Source of the DNA: an uncultured Chloroflexia bacterium
Lineage (GTDB): Bacteria > Chloroflexota > Dehalococcoidia > GIF9 > UBA5629
Direction of reading: 5' to 3'
DNA length: 64,000 nt
Assembly: GCA_963726215.1 (NCBI GenBank)
Contig: CAVSBU010000017.1
Location: forward strand, 29,265 to 93,264
Made by a program: the position numbers and the translations under genes. Each line of letters begins with the position of its first letter. The stretch's first letter is position 1. The notes below the pieces were generated by a model, which had not been told where the DNA came from, did no database searches, and was given only the letters and a program-made list of their open reading frames with translations. Below, in pieces: positions 60,957 through 64,000 of this stretch.

Positions 60957-62501
60957 TCAACGAAAGACCGGCGGCAGGAGCTGCAGGTAGTCCTTGCCGG
61001 CTATGGCGCTGGCACAGATAAAGCCGGAGTGAGCAGCGCCCTCTATACCTCCTTCGTTGAGACGTTTGCCGTATGTATCCCCGGCAAAATAAAGCCCCTC
61101 GACGGTGGGGCACTTCACATCCACCCACTCATCTTCCGGATGCCGCCACAGTATACAGGTATCTCCCACGGCAAACAACATGAACTCCAGCGATTTTCGC
61201 CAGCCCGGAAATGCAGTATCGGCAAACTTCAACATCCGGTCAATCACTATATCTACTTTCTTCTTATCATGTGCTTCTTCAGCCAGTATACTGCTGGCCA
61301 TGCCCGCCAGGTGCTTACCTTCTGGTGCAGTTGTCGGCGCCATTGTAGACATGGACACTATGTCGAGCGGAACATTGCCCCGGAACAGCCCTTCGCTTTC
61401 GGGAATCAACATGGAGGTATGATAGAAAGACCTGGGGTCTACCTCGAGCTCACAGAAATCACTCAGCGGTTTAGTCATACCGAACTGACCGGCAACCATA
61501 GAGGTATGTATTATCTTTTTGGTTAATTTTACAAAATCCGCTGGCAGCAGGTTCTCGGGCAATATTTTGAGCAATACCTTCGGCGGGACAGTGCAGACTA
61601 CCACCGGGGATTTTATTTCCATCTCTTTACCATCAATTTCAGCGACAACGCCATTGGCTCTTCCATTCTGGATGATAACCTCTTTGACCCTGGCATTGGT
61701 CACTATATCGCCTTCAGCCTCTTTGACCGCGGCAGCAAAACCCTCGGTAATAAAACGGTGCCCAGGTGCGCCGGCGAAACCCCAGGAACCATTGGTTATA
61801 TGCACCCCCGTTTCCTGGACCTGTAGAAATACCTTGAGGTTCTCTCCAGCAGCATTTAGTGCCGGGTCATTGATAATCGTCTGGAAAGTCCCCATGGAAT
61901 AGTGAAATTCTTTTGCCAGCTCACTTTGAGTTATTCCTTCCACCCAATCTTTCAAGGTTACATGGTCGAGTTTTTCAGCTTCAGCTATAGTACGTACCTG
62001 GAACTTACGCTTATGGACCTTAACCATCTCAGCATAATCTTCATCGGTCATCCAGCCGTACTTCTCTCTCCTGCCCACGATATAAGGCTTCCAGTCATGG
62101 TCATACCACACAAAGCCTATATTGGAGTAGAAAATCGAAGCCTTATTAAACAGCGCCAGGGCCTGGCTCACACGTCCCCTATTGGTGTACCACGCGCCTC
62201 TGCCACCGGCTTCCAGGACATACCCATTAAGCATCTTCTTCTTTATTAGCGTAGGCAAGTCAGGCTCAGTCCTATCACTAATCCAGGAGTGAGCCGACAG
62301 CGCCAGCGTTTTACTAAACTCGTCGGCATCCCTGATACCTTCTCCACGGAATGACATGGCACGCCCTCCAATCTGCGACGAAGCCTCAAGAATGAGAACC
62401 TTCTGGCGTTCCATATTGGATAATATGGCACCGACAAGCGACCCGGCTATGCCGCAGCCAACTATTATGACATCATAATCGTTTGATATTTTAGTAGACA
62501 T
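60957..62501 (-). CDS. FAD-dependent oxidoreductase, phytoene-desaturase (CrtI)-like family
   Basis: 514 aa. YDVIIVGCGIAGSLVGAILS...VLILEASSQIGGRA (dinucleotide fold plus the GGR motif), and a C-terminal GLYFAGDT. Confidence 0.75.
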   Translation of the reverse strand: MSTKISNDYDVIIVGCGIAGSLVGAILSNMERQKVLILEASSQIGGRAMSFRGEGIRDADEFSKTLALSAHSWISDRTEPDLPTLIKKKMLNGYVLEAGGRGAWYTNRGRVSQALALFNKASIFYSNIGFVWYDHDWKPYIVGRREKYGWMTDEDYAEMVKVHKRKFQVRTIAEAEKLDHVTLKDWVEGITQSELAKEFHYSMGTFQTIINDPALNAAGENLKVFLQVQETGVHITNGSWGFAGAPGHRFITEGFAAAVKEAEGDIVTNARVKEVIIQNGRANGVVAEIDGKEMEIKSPVVVCTVPPKVLLKILPENLLPADFVKLTKKIIHTSMVAGQFGMTKPLSDFCELEVDPRSFYHTSMLIPESEGLFRGNVPLDIVSMSTMAPTTAPEGKHLAGMASSILAEEAHDKKKVDIVIDRMLKFADTAFPGWRKSLEFMLFAVGDTCILWRHPEDEWVDVKCPTVEGLYFAGDTYGKRLNEGGIEGAAHSGFICASAIAGKDYLQLLPPVFR

Positions 62502-62612
62502 TTTTGTCTCCTATTTTAACGTAACACCATATACTACTTTTATCTGCTCGGGAATTCCAAAATTTTACACCTCTGCTACGTGATAAGCAATTTTTCAGAG
62601 CGACCTTAAAAG

Positions 62613-64000
<1,388 letters not shown>

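Overview
This 64-kb bacterial window is dominated by housekeeping blocks. It carries one low-GC five-gene nucleotide-enzyme island, which I rank as the most likely undescribed system, and one candidate selenoprotein.

Organism: gene content suggests an anaerobe, and the gene order is reminiscent of Chloroflexota-type genomes, but I cannot verify taxonomy from sequence alone. Hand-counted housekeeping lines are about 50-60% G+C.

Housekeeping blocks:
- nusA-ylxR-infB-rbfA-truB
- purA
- dapA-asd-dapB, then pnp-rpsO
- dnaX-ybaB-recR-recO
- ligA, pth and eno

Accessory content:
- 1.9-6.2 kb: an operon of an FGGY sugar kinase, a RuBisCO-like protein (form IV type) and a saccharopine-dehydrogenase-like enzyme.
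- 6.5-9.9 kb: an ArsR-led DsrE/TusA/membrane-cytochrome-like/HdrD-like sulfur module.
- 22-26 kb: an inositol-phospholipid cluster (inositol-phosphate synthase, GT4 glycosyltransferase, CDP-alcohol phosphatidyltransferase).
- 37.9-51.8 kb: a 14-kb run of minus-strand oxidative-stress, metal and Fe-S genes.
- 49803-50039, inside that run: a glutaredoxin-like gene with an in-frame TGA at the first Cys of its CxxC motif, a candidate selenocysteine.

Most unusual region (54.9-59.5 kb): a roughly 4.5-kb island of about one-third G+C lies between ligA and pth.
- It is bounded by about 50-bp imperfect inverted repeats and has no integrase or transposase.
- It encodes only nucleotide-acting enzymes: a NUDIX hydrolase, an SPPY-motif methyltransferase, a compact single-cluster radical SAM enzyme (viperin/MoaA fold), a tandem MazG-like NTP pyrophosphohydrolase with CxxC...CxC motifs, and a small dCMP deaminase.
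- I do not recognise this combination as a named defence or modification system.

Caveat: about half of all genes, including essential ones, are interrupted by apparent single-base insertions. Split ORFs are therefore reported as single CDSs, and pseudogene status cannot be judged.

I found no rRNA, tRNA or CRISPR array.
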